A stretch of 64,000 nucleotides of DNA from Spirochaetia bacterium (GTDB taxonomy: Bacteria; Spirochaetota; Spirochaetia; UBA9216): the NCBI GenBank assembly GCA_965140585.1, contig OZ223265.1, positions 160,001 to 224,000 on the forward strand, given 5' to 3'. How positions within the stretch are numbered: the stretch's first letter is position 1; each line of letters begins with the position of its first letter. This document shows, one piece after another, positions 20,155 to 30,657 of this stretch. Below the pieces are notes generated by a model that worked only from the letters and a program-made list of their open reading frames with translations, made no database searches and was not told the DNA's origin. Both the position numbers and the translations under genes were made by a program.

Positions 20155-20514
20155 CTAGATAGTTACTCCGGCTTTTCTGACACCTTCAGCAATGGCTTTC
20201 ACCTTGCCGTGATATAAAAATCCGTTTCTGTCAAAAACAACCGTAGAAATATTTTTTTCTTTAAGACGCTCTCCAAGAAGTACACCGAGCTTTTCCGCCC
20301 CTTCTACTGTGGAAGCAATCGCCTTATTGTCTTTTTCCATATTATTAGCATAAGCGATAGTAACACCGCTCATGTCATCGATAACCTGTGCATATAAGTG
20401 CCTGTTACTCTTAAAAACACTCAAACGAGGTCTTTCAGGAGTACCACTAACTGTTTTTCTAACGTGTTTCTTTCTCCGAACTCTTCGGTTAGCCTTTTGT
20501 ATTAGTTTCTTCAT
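20155..20514 (-). CDS. rplR: 50S ribosomal protein L18
   Basis: RPRLSVFKSNRHLYAQVIDD, VFDRNGFLYHGKV. Confidence 0.98.
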   Translation of the reverse strand: MKKLIQKANRRVRRKKHVRKTVSGTPERPRLSVFKSNRHLYAQVIDDMSGVTIAYANNMEKDNKAIASTVEGAEKLGVLLGERLKEKNISTVVFDRNGFLYHGKVKAIAEGVRKAGVTI

Positions 20515-20523
20515 TTTAGTACC

Positions 20524-21060
20524 CTATTTAATACCAGATTTTCCGACTTTTCTTCTGATATTCTCGTTATCGTATCTTATTCCTTTACCCTTATACGGCT
20601 CAGGAGGTCTCAGTCCTCTGATTTCAGCACTTATCTGACCAACGCGCTGTTTATCGATACCTGATACAGTTACCTTTGTACCTTCAACACTGATATTGAT
20701 TCCCTCTTCAATATAGAAATCAATCGGCTGTGAATAACCAAGGCTGAGTGTAAGGATATCCTTGTTTACTTCAGCACGGTAACCAACGCCGTTAATAATA
20801 AGTGTTTTTGAAAAACCGGCTGAAACTCCGGTAACCATATTGCTTATAAGTGAACGATATAAACCATGGTAAGAATGAGCGCTTTTTGTGTCGGATTTGG
20901 CCGTAACAACTACGGAATTATCTTCAACCTTAATCTCAACTTCAGGTTTATAATCCTGTTCAAGTTTTCCCTTCGGTCCTTCCACGGTGATAAGTTCTTC
21001 TGAAACAGAAACCTTTACGCCCTGCGGAATTGCTACCGGTAATTTTCCAATTCGAGACAT
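20524..21060 (-). CDS. rplF: 50S ribosomal protein L6
   Basis: [20 protein letters not shown]. Confidence 0.98.
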   Translation of the reverse strand: MSRIGKLPVAIPQGVKVSVSEELITVEGPKGKLEQDYKPEVEIKVEDNSVVVTAKSDTKSAHSYHGLYRSLISNMVTGVSAGFSKTLIINGVGYRAEVNKDILTLSLGYSQPIDFYIEEGINISVEGTKVTVSGIDKQRVGQISAEIRGLRPPEPYKGKGIRYDNENIRRKVGKSGIK

Positions 21061-21075
21061 CTCGCTACCCCTATC

Positions 21076-21474
21076 CTACCAAACTGAGCAAATAACTTCA
21101 CCGCCGACTTTCTTTTCAGCAGCCTTCCTGCCGGTAGTAACACCGGTTGAAGTAGATACAATCAGAGTTCCGTATCCGTTATACACTCTGGGCATTTTTT
21201 TATAACCTGTATAGATTCTTCTTCCAGGCTTTGAAATCTTTGTAATACCATGAATTATTGGTTCATCATCATTTACATATTTCAGAAAAATTCTGATGAA
21301 GTTAATTCCATCTATTGTCGTTTTCTTAAAGTTTTTAACGTAGCCTTCATTCTTAAGTATCTTAACTATTTCAAGCTTCAACTTTGAAGTAGGTATATCA
21401 ACTCTGTCAAATCTTGCGTTGTTTGCATTTCGAATTTTAGTTAACATATCAGCTACAGGATCTGAAACTGCCAT
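21076..21474 (-). CDS. rpsH: 30S ribosomal protein S8
   Basis: [31 protein letters not shown]. Confidence 0.98.
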   Translation of the reverse strand: MAVSDPVADMLTKIRNANNARFDRVDIPTSKLKLEIVKILKNEGYVKNFKKTTIDGINFIRIFLKYVNDDEPIIHGITKISKPGRRIYTGYKKMPRVYNGYGTLIVSTSTGVTTGRKAAEKKVGGEVICSVW

Positions 21475-21484
21475 ATTACTCTCC

Positions 21485-21670
21485 CTACCAGCTCGATTTT
21501 GTTACACCCGGGATAAGTCCCTCACTGGCGTATTTTCTGAAACAAACCCTACACATCTGAAACTTCCGCATATAGCCTCTCGGTCTTCCACAGACTCTAC
21601 ATCTGTTTACTTTTCTTGTACTATATTTCGGAGTTCTGTTAGCTTTTACAATCATTGATTTTTTAGCCAT
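21485..21670 (-). CDS. rpsN: 30S ribosomal protein S14, zinc-binding type Z
   Basis: [11 protein letters not shown]...MCRVCFR; 61 aa. Confidence 0.97.
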   Translation of the reverse strand: MAKKSMIVKANRTPKYSTRKVNRCRVCGRPRGYMRKFQMCRVCFRKYASEGLIPGVTKSSW

Positions 21671-21681
21671 TATCTACACTC

Positions 21682-22239
21682 CTATTTCCTGAAAGGCATG
21701 CCGAGCTTCTTCAGAAGGCTTCTGGCTTCCTGGTCTGTTTTTGCGGTTGTTACAATTGCTATATTCATACCACTGACCCGTTCAATCTTATCAAAATCGA
21801 TTTCAGGGAAAATGATCTGCTCGGTAATACCAAGCGAATAATTACCGTTGCCATCAAATGCATTTGGATTAATACCTCTGAAGTCCTTAACACGAGGAAG
21901 AGCAATTGAAATAAATCTTTCAAGAAACTCCCACATGTACGCACCTCTAAGTGTCACCTTTGCGCCGATTTCCATACCCTCTCGAAGCTTAAAGTTAGAA
22001 ATTGACCTTCTGGCCTTTGTCTTTACAGCTTTCTGGCCGGTAATCAGTTCAAGTTCGGAAACTGCGGATTCAAGAAACTTTTTGTTCTGAATTGCATCAC
22101 CACAGCCTACGCTAACTATAACCTTCTCAAGTGCGGGAATCTGCATAACAGAGCTGTATCCAAATTCTTCCCGAAGTTCTTTTGCAACTGAATCTTTATA
22201 AAACTTCTTTAGTGTTGGTACATATTCTTTCACTGCCAT
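21682..22239 (-). CDS. rplE: 50S ribosomal protein L5
   Basis: [32 protein letters not shown]; TGATG coupling to rplX. Confidence 0.98.
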   Translation of the reverse strand: MAVKEYVPTLKKFYKDSVAKELREEFGYSSVMQIPALEKVIVSVGCGDAIQNKKFLESAVSELELITGQKAVKTKARRSISNFKLREGMEIGAKVTLRGAYMWEFLERFISIALPRVKDFRGINPNAFDGNGNYSLGITEQIIFPEIDFDKIERVSGMNIAIVTTAKTDQEARSLLKKLGMPFRK

Positions 22240-22550
22240 CAGATTGCTTCTCCGCATTTCTTACAAATTCTAACCCTATCGTCACCTTCAATCTTGTATC
22301 CAAGTCTTGTGGGTCCGCATTTCTTGCAGATTACCCTGACATTGGATATATCCATTGAAGCTTCAATACTGACGATACCGCCTTTTTCGTTTTGGCTTTT
22401 AGGTTTCATTGCTTTTTTTACAATGTTAATACCCTGAACAACTACACGGCCTTTCTCACGGTTAACTTTAACGACCTTACCGGTCTTACCTTTATCCTTA
22501 CCGCAGACAACCTTTACTGTATCGTTCTTCTTAATCTTATATTTAACCAT
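22239..22550 (-). CDS. rplX: 50S ribosomal protein L24
   Basis: KOW motif [21 protein letters not shown]. Confidence 0.97.
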   Translation of the reverse strand: MVKYKIKKNDTVKVVCGKDKGKTGKVVKVNREKGRVVVQGINIVKKAMKPKSQNEKGGIVSIEASMDISNVRVICKKCGPTRLGYKIEGDDRVRICKKCGEAI

Positions 22551-22562
22551 TCCCAAACCCCT

Positions 22563-22931
22563 TTAAAGGACCTCCGGTGCAAGGGAAACAATCTTCATGA
22601 AGCCTCCCTCTCGCAGCTCTCGAGCTACCGGGCCGAAGATACGCTTTCCTCTAGGATTTAAACTAGCATCCAAAATGACGCAAGCATTATCATCAAACCT
22701 GATATATGTACCGTCAATTCGACGATATTCCTTACTTGTTCTGACAATAACGGCTTTATGGACATCGCCCTTCTTGATTGCTGCGTTAGGAAGTGCATCC
22801 TTAACAGCTACAACAATTACGTCACCTACTCCGGCAATATTTTTGTGGCTTCCGCCCAGAACCTTGATACACTGTACCCTTTTGGCTCCGCTGTTATCTG
22901 CAACATTCAGATACGTTTGCATCTGGATCAT
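22563..22931 (-). CDS. rplN: 50S ribosomal protein L14
   Basis: [24 protein letters not shown]. Confidence 0.98.
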   Translation of the reverse strand: MIQMQTYLNVADNSGAKRVQCIKVLGGSHKNIAGVGDVIVVAVKDALPNAAIKKGDVHKAVIVRTSKEYRRIDGTYIRFDDNACVILDASLNPRGKRIFGPVARELREGGFMKIVSLAPEVL

Positions 22932-22963
22932 ATTATCACTCCTTCAGACAAAATAATTTTAAA

Positions 22964-23254
22964 TTATTTTGCTCTCTCAACAATTTCGAGAAGGCGCCAG
23001 CACTTATCTTTACTGATAGGCCTGGTTTCAATCACACGAACTGTATCACCGATATGAGCATCATTCTTCTCATCATGCGCCTTAAGCTTCTTTGTTCTAG
23101 AAAGATATTTCTTGTACAGTCTGTGAAGTTTCTTTGTCCTTACTTCGACAACTATGGTTTTATCCATTTTATCGCTGACAACTACACCCTGAAATGTCTT
23201 ATTATAGCCTTTTGTCTTTTCTACTGCTTTAGTATCCACAACTATCTCCTGCAC
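22964..23254 (-). CDS. rpsQ: 30S ribosomal protein S17
   Basis: [25 protein letters not shown]. Confidence 0.97.
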   Translation of the reverse strand: MQEIVVDTKAVEKTKGYNKTFQGVVVSDKMDKTIVVEVRTKKLHRLYKKYLSRTKKLKAHDEKNDAHIGDTVRVIETRPISKDKCWRLLEIVERAK

Positions 23255-23454
23255 TATGCCTTGCGAATTCCGAGTGCATATTCATGAATAATAGTATTCA
23301 ATCTAGCGATCTGTCTTCTCATAGTCCTGATTTCAATCGGACTTTCCACATGACCAAGCACCTTGTTGAATCTGCCATCAAGAAGCTTCTTTTTAAGTTC
23401 TTCTCTTTTATTGAGAAGTTCTTCATAAGTTAAATCAGAAAATGAATTCTTCAT
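23254..23454 (-). CDS. rpmC: 50S ribosomal protein L29
   Basis: [13 protein letters not shown]; position between rplP and rpsQ. Confidence 0.95.
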   Translation of the reverse strand: MKNSFSDLTYEELLNKREELKKKLLDGRFNKVLGHVESPIEIRTMRRQIARLNTIIHEYALGIRKA

Positions 23455-23456
23455 TC

Positions 23457-23870
23457 TTAAAGACTCCTTCTTTCGACAAACTTAACCTTGATAGGCAGTT
23501 TATTACCTGCAAGTCTCATAGCTTCTGCAGCAAGTTCAGAGCTAACTCCGGCCATTTCAAACATAACTGTGCCGGGTTTTACTTCAGCAACCCAGTATTC
23601 AGGGTTACCCTTACCTTTACCCATTCGGGTTTCAGCAGGTTTTTTGGTATATGGAAAATCCGGGAAAATTCTAATCCAGACTTTACCGCCCCTCTTGATA
23701 TGCCTTGTCATCGCAATACGTGCTGCTTCTATCTGTCGGTTTGTTATCCATTTATTTTCGAGAGACACAAGTCCGAAGTCACCGAAAGCAACTGTGTTGC
23801 CCCTGGTAGCTTCACCTACAAGCCTGCCTCTCTGTTTTTTTCTAAATTTCGTTCTCTTAGGACTAAGCAT
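23457..23870 (-). CDS. rplP: 50S ribosomal protein L16
   Basis: [20 protein letters not shown]. Confidence 0.98.
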   Translation of the reverse strand: MLSPKRTKFRKKQRGRLVGEATRGNTVAFGDFGLVSLENKWITNRQIEAARIAMTRHIKRGGKVWIRIFPDFPYTKKPAETRMGKGKGNPEYWVAEVKPGTVMFEMAGVSSELAAEAMRLAGNKLPIKVKFVERRSL

Positions 23871-23876
23871 CTTGCA

Positions 23877-24578
23877 CTAACTCCTTGAGGAGGATTTTTC
23901 CCTCTGCTTTTTAACAAGCAGTCCGGCATCTTCCTTCCTGTCTCTCTTGTATACCTCGCCGGTGAAAACCCAGACCTTAACTCCGATTAAACCGAAGGTT
24001 GTATCAGCTTCAGCAAAACCATAATCGATATTAGCTCTAAGAGTATGCAGAGGAACACGTCCGGCTTTATACTGTTCGGTTCTTGACATTTCAGCACCGC
24101 CAAGCCTTCCGGAAACTTTAATTTTAATTCCCTGAACACCGGTTTTCATAGCATTGTTAACAGCCATCTTAAGAGTTCTTCTGAAAGAACTTCTTGATTT
24201 AAGCTGTCTGGCTACATTAAGTGCAATAATCTGAGCATCATTTTCAGGCTGCTTTATCTCTTTAATTTTAATCTGAATTTTCTTTCCTGAAATAGTCTGA
24301 AGTCTGTTGCCGATCTTCTCAATATTGGCACCCTTGGCACCGATAATGATTCCCGGTCTGGAAGTATGAATCACAACAGTTATTCTCTGCGGGTGTCTGA
24401 TAATCTCAATATCTGAAATATCCGCTCCGTTTGTCTCAGGACAATTAAGCAGGGTTTTTCTAATTACAAGATCTTCATGCAGCGTATCCGCATATTCTCT
24501 TGGGTCTACGTACCATTTAGATTTCCAGGTTTTATTTATACCTAACCGCAGACCAATAGGATTAACTTTCTGACCCAT
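23877..24578 (-). CDS. rpsC: 30S ribosomal protein S3
   Basis: [23 protein letters not shown]. Confidence 0.98.
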   Translation of the reverse strand: MGQKVNPIGLRLGINKTWKSKWYVDPREYADTLHEDLVIRKTLLNCPETNGADISDIEIIRHPQRITVVIHTSRPGIIIGAKGANIEKIGNRLQTISGKKIQIKIKEIKQPENDAQIIALNVARQLKSRSSFRRTLKMAVNNAMKTGVQGIKIKVSGRLGGAEMSRTEQYKAGRVPLHTLRANIDYGFAEADTTFGLIGVKVWVFTGEVYKRDRKEDAGLLVKKQREKSSSRS

Positions 24579-24944
24579 TTATTCCCCCACACTACCTATT
24601 TCATCAACAACAACAGTTATATGACTCATTCTCTTAAGAAGAAGGTCTCTTCTTCCTCTACCACGTGCCCATACTCTTTTCATTCTTGGGCCTTCATCCA
24701 CCATCAGAGTCTTAATGTAGAGCATTTCTTCATCAAGATTTTTATTCTGAAAAAGAGCGTTTGCTGCAGCAGACTGTATTGTCTTCTTAAGATATACAGC
24801 GCCTTTATGAGGAAGACTTTCCAGTATCGCAACAGCCTCTGTATAAGGTTTCATCCTTACAACATTAGCTACCCTTCTTAATTTGGTAGGAGATATCATC
24901 AGATGTGTTGATTTTGCTTTATAACCTTTTTTCGCGTCCATCAT
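24579..24944 (-). CDS. rplV: 50S ribosomal protein L22
   Basis: ISPTKLR, SAAANA, VDEGP, SHITVVV. Confidence 0.97.
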   Translation of the reverse strand: MMDAKKGYKAKSTHLMISPTKLRRVANVVRMKPYTEAVAILESLPHKGAVYLKKTIQSAAANALFQNKNLDEEMLYIKTLMVDEGPRMKRVWARGRGRRDLLLKRMSHITVVVDEIGSVGE

Positions 24945-24950
24945 CTCACC

Positions 24951-25232
24951 TTATCTCTTAGAAGATTTCTTATCAGAAGCTGTATGGCCTCTATAGAATC
25001 TTGTAGGTGCAAACTCACCGAGCTTGTGACCTACAAGGTTTTCAGTTACATACACGGGAACCCATGTTTTTCCGTTATAAACGGATATTGTAAACCCAAC
25101 CATTTCCGGAATAATTGTAGATGCTCTTGAAAATGTCTTGAGCATTTTCTTATCTCCGGCTTTAGCCATTTCAACTACTCTTTTATACAGTTTCCTTTCA
25201 ATAAAAGGACCTTTCTTTATTGACCTTGCCAC
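24951..25232 (-). CDS. rpsS: 30S ribosomal protein S19
   Basis: [22 protein letters not shown]. Confidence 0.98.
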   Translation of the reverse strand: MARSIKKGPFIERKLYKRVVEMAKAGDKKMLKTFSRASTIIPEMVGFTISVYNGKTWVPVYVTENLVGHKLGEFAPTRFYRGHTASDKKSSKR

Positions 25233-25243
25233 TAGTTAAACTC

Positions 25244-26068
25244 CTACTTCCGCTTCTTGACTATAAATCTGCTGGAAGACTTACTCTTCTTTCTGGTCTT
25301 ATATCCCTTAGTAGGAACACCCCATGGAGTAACCGGATGACGACCACCTGATGTTTTACCTTCACCACCACCATGCGGATGATCGTGCGGATTCATAACA
25401 ACACCACGAACTTTAGGTCTCTTACCGAGCCATCTTGATCTACCGGCTTTACCCAGATTTACATTCATATGGTCTTCATTTCCAACAATACCAAGTGTTG
25501 CTGAACATTTTTTGAAAACCATTCTCATTTCACCAGAAGGCAGTTTAAGCGTCACGTAATCGCCTTCCTTAGCAACAACTGAAGCACTCATCCCTGCAGA
25601 GCGTACCATCTGACCGCCCCTTCCCAGCTGAAGTTCAACATTATGAACTGTCATACCAAGCGGAATAGCTTCAAGAGGAAGACTGTTTCCTGACTCAAGC
25701 GGAGCTTCAGGACCGCTCATGACGGTTGCACCTACCTGAAGACCCTTAGGAGCAAGGATATACCTCTTTTCCCCGTCAGCATAGCTAACAAGTGCAATAT
25801 TTGCAGTTCTGTTGGGATCGTACTCAACAGAAACAATCTTGCCGGGTACTCCGTATTTGTCTCTTTTGAAGTCAATTACTCTATATTTTTTCTTGTGACC
25901 GCCGCCACGTCTTCTAACACTAATTCTTCCGCCGGCACCACGACCAGCTTTATAACTAAGCCCTTTGGTTAACGACTTTTCCGGTACCCTTGTTGTAATC
26001 TCGTCAAAGGTCAGAGTGGTCTTATACCTCAGGCTTGGAGTTCTAGGATTGTATTTCTTGATTCCCAC
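25244..26068 (-). CDS. rplB: 50S ribosomal protein L2
   Basis: [25 protein letters not shown]. Confidence 0.98.
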   Translation of the reverse strand: MGIKKYNPRTPSLRYKTTLTFDEITTRVPEKSLTKGLSYKAGRGAGGRISVRRRGGGHKKKYRVIDFKRDKYGVPGKIVSVEYDPNRTANIALVSYADGEKRYILAPKGLQVGATVMSGPEAPLESGNSLPLEAIPLGMTVHNVELQLGRGGQMVRSAGMSASVVAKEGDYVTLKLPSGEMRMVFKKCSATLGIVGNEDHMNVNLGKAGRSRWLGKRPKVRGVVMNPHDHPHGGGEGKTSGGRHPVTPWGVPTKGYKTRKKSKSSSRFIVKKRK

Positions 26069-26092
26069 ATTAGCCCCCTAAATCCTTACCAT

Positions 26093-26395
26093 CTATACGC
26101 CGTCAACCGACTCAATTTTATCACCCGCTTTAAGGGTAACAATTGCTTTCTTCCATGTAGCAGTCTGACCATATCTCATACCAGATTTAGTACGTGACAT
26201 TCTTGGTTTCGACTTAACATTTATGATATTACATGTAACAGGCTGAACATTAAAAACTTCTTTAACAGCAGTCATAATCTGCACCTTGTTAGCACGTCTA
26301 TCAACCTTAAAAACATACTTCCGGGTTTCACCTTCTCTCATGAGATTAGTTTTTTCGGTTAAAACCGGAGAAATCAATACCTGCATTGAATCCAT
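26093..26395 (-). CDS. rplW: 50S ribosomal protein L23
   Basis: PVLTEK, ANKVQI, WKKAIVTL. Confidence 0.97.
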   Translation of the reverse strand: MDSMQVLISPVLTEKTNLMREGETRKYVFKVDRRANKVQIMTAVKEVFNVQPVTCNIINVKSKPRMSRTKSGMRYGQTATWKKAIVTLKAGDKIESVDGV

Positions 26396-27031
26396 TTATT
26401 TCCCCTCTTTCTTTCCGTAAAAATCATTAAGGCTTCCCGCAGCAGTTTCCAGGACAATAACCTTTTTTCCGTAGAAAAGATCATGTGCATTAAGACGATC
26501 GAAGGAAAGAATCCTAAGCCAGGGAATATTTTTTCCTGCTCTTTTTATCATCTGATCATCGTCTTTAAGAACCATTATTGTCTTTTCACCGCCAACATGG
26601 TTTTTAAGAATACTAACAAGATCTTTAGTTTTGCCGGACTCTACATTAAAGTCCTCAACTATACGAAGCGACTCTTCCTTAACCTTAAGGCTCAGGATAG
26701 ATTTCATCGCTGCTCTCTTCATTTTCTTAGGAATGCTGTAGGAATAATCTCTCGGCCTGGGACCAAAGATTGTACCACCGCCGACCCAGACGGGTGATTT
26801 CTTATCACCTGATCTTGCATGACCAGTACCCTTCTGACTCCAAGGCTTAGCATTACTATAATTCACTTCGGCGCGTGTTTTTGTGCAGGCAGTTCCGACT
26901 CTTCTATTAGCAAGCTCATTTCTGATAGCATAATAGATTGCACCCTCGCTGACCTCTCGACCAAAAACATCATCATTAAGAGTTATATCTTTTATCTCTT
27001 CGCCTTTTACCGAAAAGACCTTTGCTTTCAT
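26396..27031 (-). CDS. rplD: 50S ribosomal protein L4
   Basis: KPWSQKGTGHARSG, GGGTIFGPRPRDY. Confidence 0.98.
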   Translation of the reverse strand: MKAKVFSVKGEEIKDITLNDDVFGREVSEGAIYYAIRNELANRRVGTACTKTRAEVNYSNAKPWSQKGTGHARSGDKKSPVWVGGGTIFGPRPRDYSYSIPKKMKRAAMKSILSLKVKEESLRIVEDFNVESGKTKDLVSILKNHVGGEKTIMVLKDDDQMIKRAGKNIPWLRILSFDRLNAHDLFYGKKVIVLETAAGSLNDFYGKKEGK

Positions 27032-27045
27032 ATTCTTATCCTTTA

Positions 27046-27666
27046 CTATTTCTTCTTGGCCTTCCTGACCAGTACAACACTGTTCCTGGTTCCAGGTACG
27101 GCACCTTTCACAAGAATAATCTGCTTACCTGCATCAACCCTGACTACTTTCAGGTTCTGCACCGTCTTTCTTTCAGCTCCCATCCTACCGGGCATTTTTG
27201 TACCCTTCATAACTCGTGATGGATAAGCCGCCATACCGGTTGAACCGTTAGCTCTGTGGAACTTAGAACCATGAGTCTTACGTCCACCGCCGAAACCGTG
27301 ACGCTTCATTACACCCTGGTAACCTTTACCCTTGGTTGTTCCTATAACATCTACAAAACGAAGCTCATCAAAAAGCTCAACACCGTATTTCTGTCCAACC
27401 TCTGCTTCGAGCTCAAAATCTCTCATTTCATAAAGAAACTGCTTTGGCTCAACGCCTTCAGGAAACTGTCCTGCGTAAGGCTTGCTTACTCTATTCTTCT
27501 TTTTATCTACAGTCCCCAGCACACAGGCTTCGTAACCGTCTTTATCTATGCTTTTTTTACCGACTACAACATTTTCTTCAAACTTAATAACGGTTACAGG
27601 AGTCATAACTCCCATCTCATCATAGACCTGTGTCATTCCGACTTTCTTGCCGATTAGCCCTAACAT
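27046..27666 (-). CDS. rplC: 50S ribosomal protein L3
   Basis: GKKVGMTQ, KGKGYQGVMKRH, KGAVPG. Confidence 0.98.
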   Translation of the reverse strand: MLGLIGKKVGMTQVYDEMGVMTPVTVIKFEENVVVGKKSIDKDGYEACVLGTVDKKKNRVSKPYAGQFPEGVEPKQFLYEMRDFELEAEVGQKYGVELFDELRFVDVIGTTKGKGYQGVMKRHGFGGGRKTHGSKFHRANGSTGMAAYPSRVMKGTKMPGRMGAERKTVQNLKVVRVDAGKQIILVKGAVPGTRNSVVLVRKAKKK

Positions 27667-27694
27667 CGTATACCTCAAATCAATAAAATTGCAG

Positions 27695-28006
27695 CTACTG
27701 CTTAATCTCTACATCAACGCCAGCGGGAAGCTCTAAAGTCATTAAAGCGTCCATAACTTTTGAAGTAGGGTCTAAAATGTCAATCAGTCTTTTATGTGTT
27801 CTCATCTCAAACTGCTCTCTGGACTTCTTGTTAACATGAGGAGACCGAAGAACAGTATATTTGTTAATCCTTGTAGGAAGAGGTATAGGCCCGGCCACCT
27901 TGGCTCCTGCCTTACCAACAGTCTGAACAATAGACTTGGCACTCTGATCAACTAACTCAACATCAAATCCTCTTAACCTAACGCGGATTCTATCATTACT
28001 GGCCAT
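27695..28006 (-). CDS. rpsJ: 30S ribosomal protein S10
   Basis: [30 protein letters not shown]. Confidence 0.98.
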   Translation of the reverse strand: MASNDRIRVRLRGFDVELVDQSAKSIVQTVGKAGAKVAGPIPLPTRINKYTVLRSPHVNKKSREQFEMRTHKRLIDILDPTSKVMDALMTLELPAGVDVEIKQ

Positions 28007-28060
28007 TATTCCTCCTGACAAATAGAGTCCCAACCTTCAGGCTGGGACCCCTGTCTAAAA

Positions 28061-29245
28061 TTATTCGATAATTTCAGTTACCTGACCACTGGCAACTGTT
28101 CTACCACCCTCTCGGATAGCAAATCTAAGACCCGGATCCATAGCAATCGGATGAATCAGCTCAACTGTAAGCTCAACATGATCGCCAGGCATAACCATCT
28201 GCTTATCTTCAGCAAGTGTTACTGAACCAGTAATGTCAGTAGTTCTGAAGTAAAACTGAGGTCTATATCCTGAAAAGAACGGTGAGTGTCTACCACCCTC
28301 TTCCTTACTGAGTACGTAGATAGCACCCTTAAACTTCTTATGAGGAGTAATTGTTCCCGGTTTAGCAAGAACCTGTCCTCTCTCTACTTCTTTCTTGTCT
28401 GTACCTCTGAGAAGAGCACCGATGTTATCACCAGCCTGACCTTCATCAAGAAGTTTATTGAACATTTCAACACCGGTACATGTTGTCTTTGCAGTATCTT
28501 TGATACCAACAATTTCAATTTCATCACCAACATGAACAATACCGCGTTCAATACGTCCTGTAACTACAGTACCTCGACCCTGAATTGAGAAGATATCTTC
28601 GATAGGCATAAGGAAGGGCTTATCAACTGCTCTTTCAGGAACAGGAAAATAAGTATCCATAGCATCAAGAAGTTCCTGTATACATGCAGTCTTCTCAGGA
28701 TCGTCAGGATTACTCATAGCTTCAAAAGCTGAACCTTTGATAAACGGACAATCTGACGGAAATTCGTAAGATTCAAGAAGCTCCTGAACCTCAACTTCAA
28801 CAAGCTCAACAAGTTCAGGATCTGCGAGATCCATCTTGTTAAGAAAAACAATAAGTTTAGGAACGCCAACCTGTCTTGCAAGAAGGATATGCTCTCTTGT
28901 CTGCGGTTCAGGTCCTGAATCAGCAGCAACAAGAATAATAGCACCGTCCATCTGAGCAGCACCGGTAATCATGTTCTTGATGTAGTCAGCATGGCCCGGA
29001 CAGTCAACATGAGCATAATGTCTTTTTTCTGTTTCATACTCAATGTGACGTGTATTAATGGTTATACCTCTGGCTTTTTCTTCCGGAGCATTGTCGATAT
29101 CATCATAATTCATGATCTTACCGCCTGCCTTCTTTGAACAATACATAGAGATAGCAGCAGTAAGAGTAGTTTTTCCATGGTCAACGTGTCCGATAGTACC
29201 AACGTTTACATGGTCTTTCGTTCTGTTAAACTTTTCTTTAGCCAT
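28061..29245 (-). CDS. tuf: Elongation factor Tu
   Basis: [27 protein letters not shown]; spirochaete-type PEPQT. Confidence 0.99.
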   Translation of the reverse strand: MAKEKFNRTKDHVNVGTIGHVDHGKTTLTAAISMYCSKKAGGKIMNYDDIDNAPEEKARGITINTRHIEYETEKRHYAHVDCPGHADYIKNMITGAAQMDGAIILVAADSGPEPQTREHILLARQVGVPKLIVFLNKMDLADPELVELVEVEVQELLESYEFPSDCPFIKGSAFEAMSNPDDPEKTACIQELLDAMDTYFPVPERAVDKPFLMPIEDIFSIQGRGTVVTGRIERGIVHVGDEIEIVGIKDTAKTTCTGVEMFNKLLDEGQAGDNIGALLRGTDKKEVERGQVLAKPGTITPHKKFKGAIYVLSKEEGGRHSPFFSGYRPQFYFRTTDITGSVTLAEDKQMVMPGDHVELTVELIHPIAMDPGLRFAIREGGRTVASGQVTEIIE

Positions 29246-29586
29246 TTATTCCTCCTTACCACGATTATATTAATGGCTCAATAAAAAATAGTATGACTAT
29301 ACTGTACAATCCAGACGACAAACTGCCGCAGAAAAGATTGTTCACAACACTGTCATCAACAAACATTATTTTGGTCCAGAATTGATCTGGAGATCACCGA
29401 ACTTCGCCTGTATAACTGTAAGATTAGATGGTAATGTTTAGAATAAGCCACATTAAATGCGAAAAAATCTAAGACAGTACCACCTTATCACCCATTCGAC
29501 AGCTCAAAAGGACGATTGGTTTGGTAACCTATTTCGAACCAACCGGCTCGATCGCAGAACTAAAATAGTTCCAAGCAAGTTCATGC

Positions 29587-29615
29587 ACTATAATAGCTAT
29601 AGGCATTAAAGTCAA
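29587..29615 (-). promoter_or_regulatory. Sigma70 promoter for tuf-S10-spc-alpha
   Basis: TTGACT-N17-TATAGT on the minus strand. Confidence 0.75.
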
Positions 29616-29668
29616 CCTCTACTATAGCCGAAGAGGCTGTAAACCTATTTTAAAACAGATTTTCCAGA

Positions 29669-30145
<477 letters not shown>

Positions 30146-30153
30146 TCAGACTC

Positions 30154-30528
30154 CTATGCCTTTGGCTTCTTAGTACCGTACTTGGAACGGCCCTGCTTAC
30201 GATCATCTACACCAAGCGTATCCTTGGCTCCTCTGACAATGTGGTAACGAACTCCTGGAAGATCCTTAACCCTGCCCCCGCGCAGTAGAACAACTGAGTG
30301 CTCCTGAAGATTGTGACCTACACCGGGAATATATGCAGTAACCTCTATTCCATTAGTCAATCTTACCCTTGCCACTTTACGCAAAGCAGAATTAGGCTTT
30401 TTAGGAGTCACAGTCATCACACGGGTACATACCCCTCTCTTCTGTGGACAGGCATCAAGAGCAGGTGCTGTTGTTTTCTTCGTTACCTGCTTTCTGCCTT
30501 TTCTTACAAGTTGATTTATTGTAGGCAT
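30154..30528 (-). CDS. rpsL: 30S ribosomal protein S12
   Basis: [32 protein letters not shown]. Confidence 0.99.
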   Translation of the reverse strand: MPTINQLVRKGRKQVTKKTTAPALDACPQKRGVCTRVMTVTPKKPNSALRKVARVRLTNGIEVTAYIPGVGHNLQEHSVVLLRGGRVKDLPGVRYHIVRGAKDTLGVDDRKQGRSKYGTKKPKA

Positions 30529-30576
30529 TTACGTGTATTACTCCCTAATACCTTATATTGGTTTTTCGTGAGCTTG

Positions 30577-30605
30577 ACTCTAACAGCCAGCTGAAAAAAA
30601 GTCAA
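30577..30605 (-). promoter_or_regulatory. Sigma70 promoter for rpsL-rpsG
   Basis: TTGACT-N17-TAGAGT on the minus strand. Confidence 0.6.
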
Positions 30606-30657
30606 GCCCACTGTCCCTTCATACTCAGAGACAATTGTAATAAATACAAATAACTAT

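Noticed and set aside
29246-29668. fusA pseudogene in the rpsG-tuf gap
   Set aside because: No EF-G-like peptide seen on manual reading; the gap contains a clear promoter instead.
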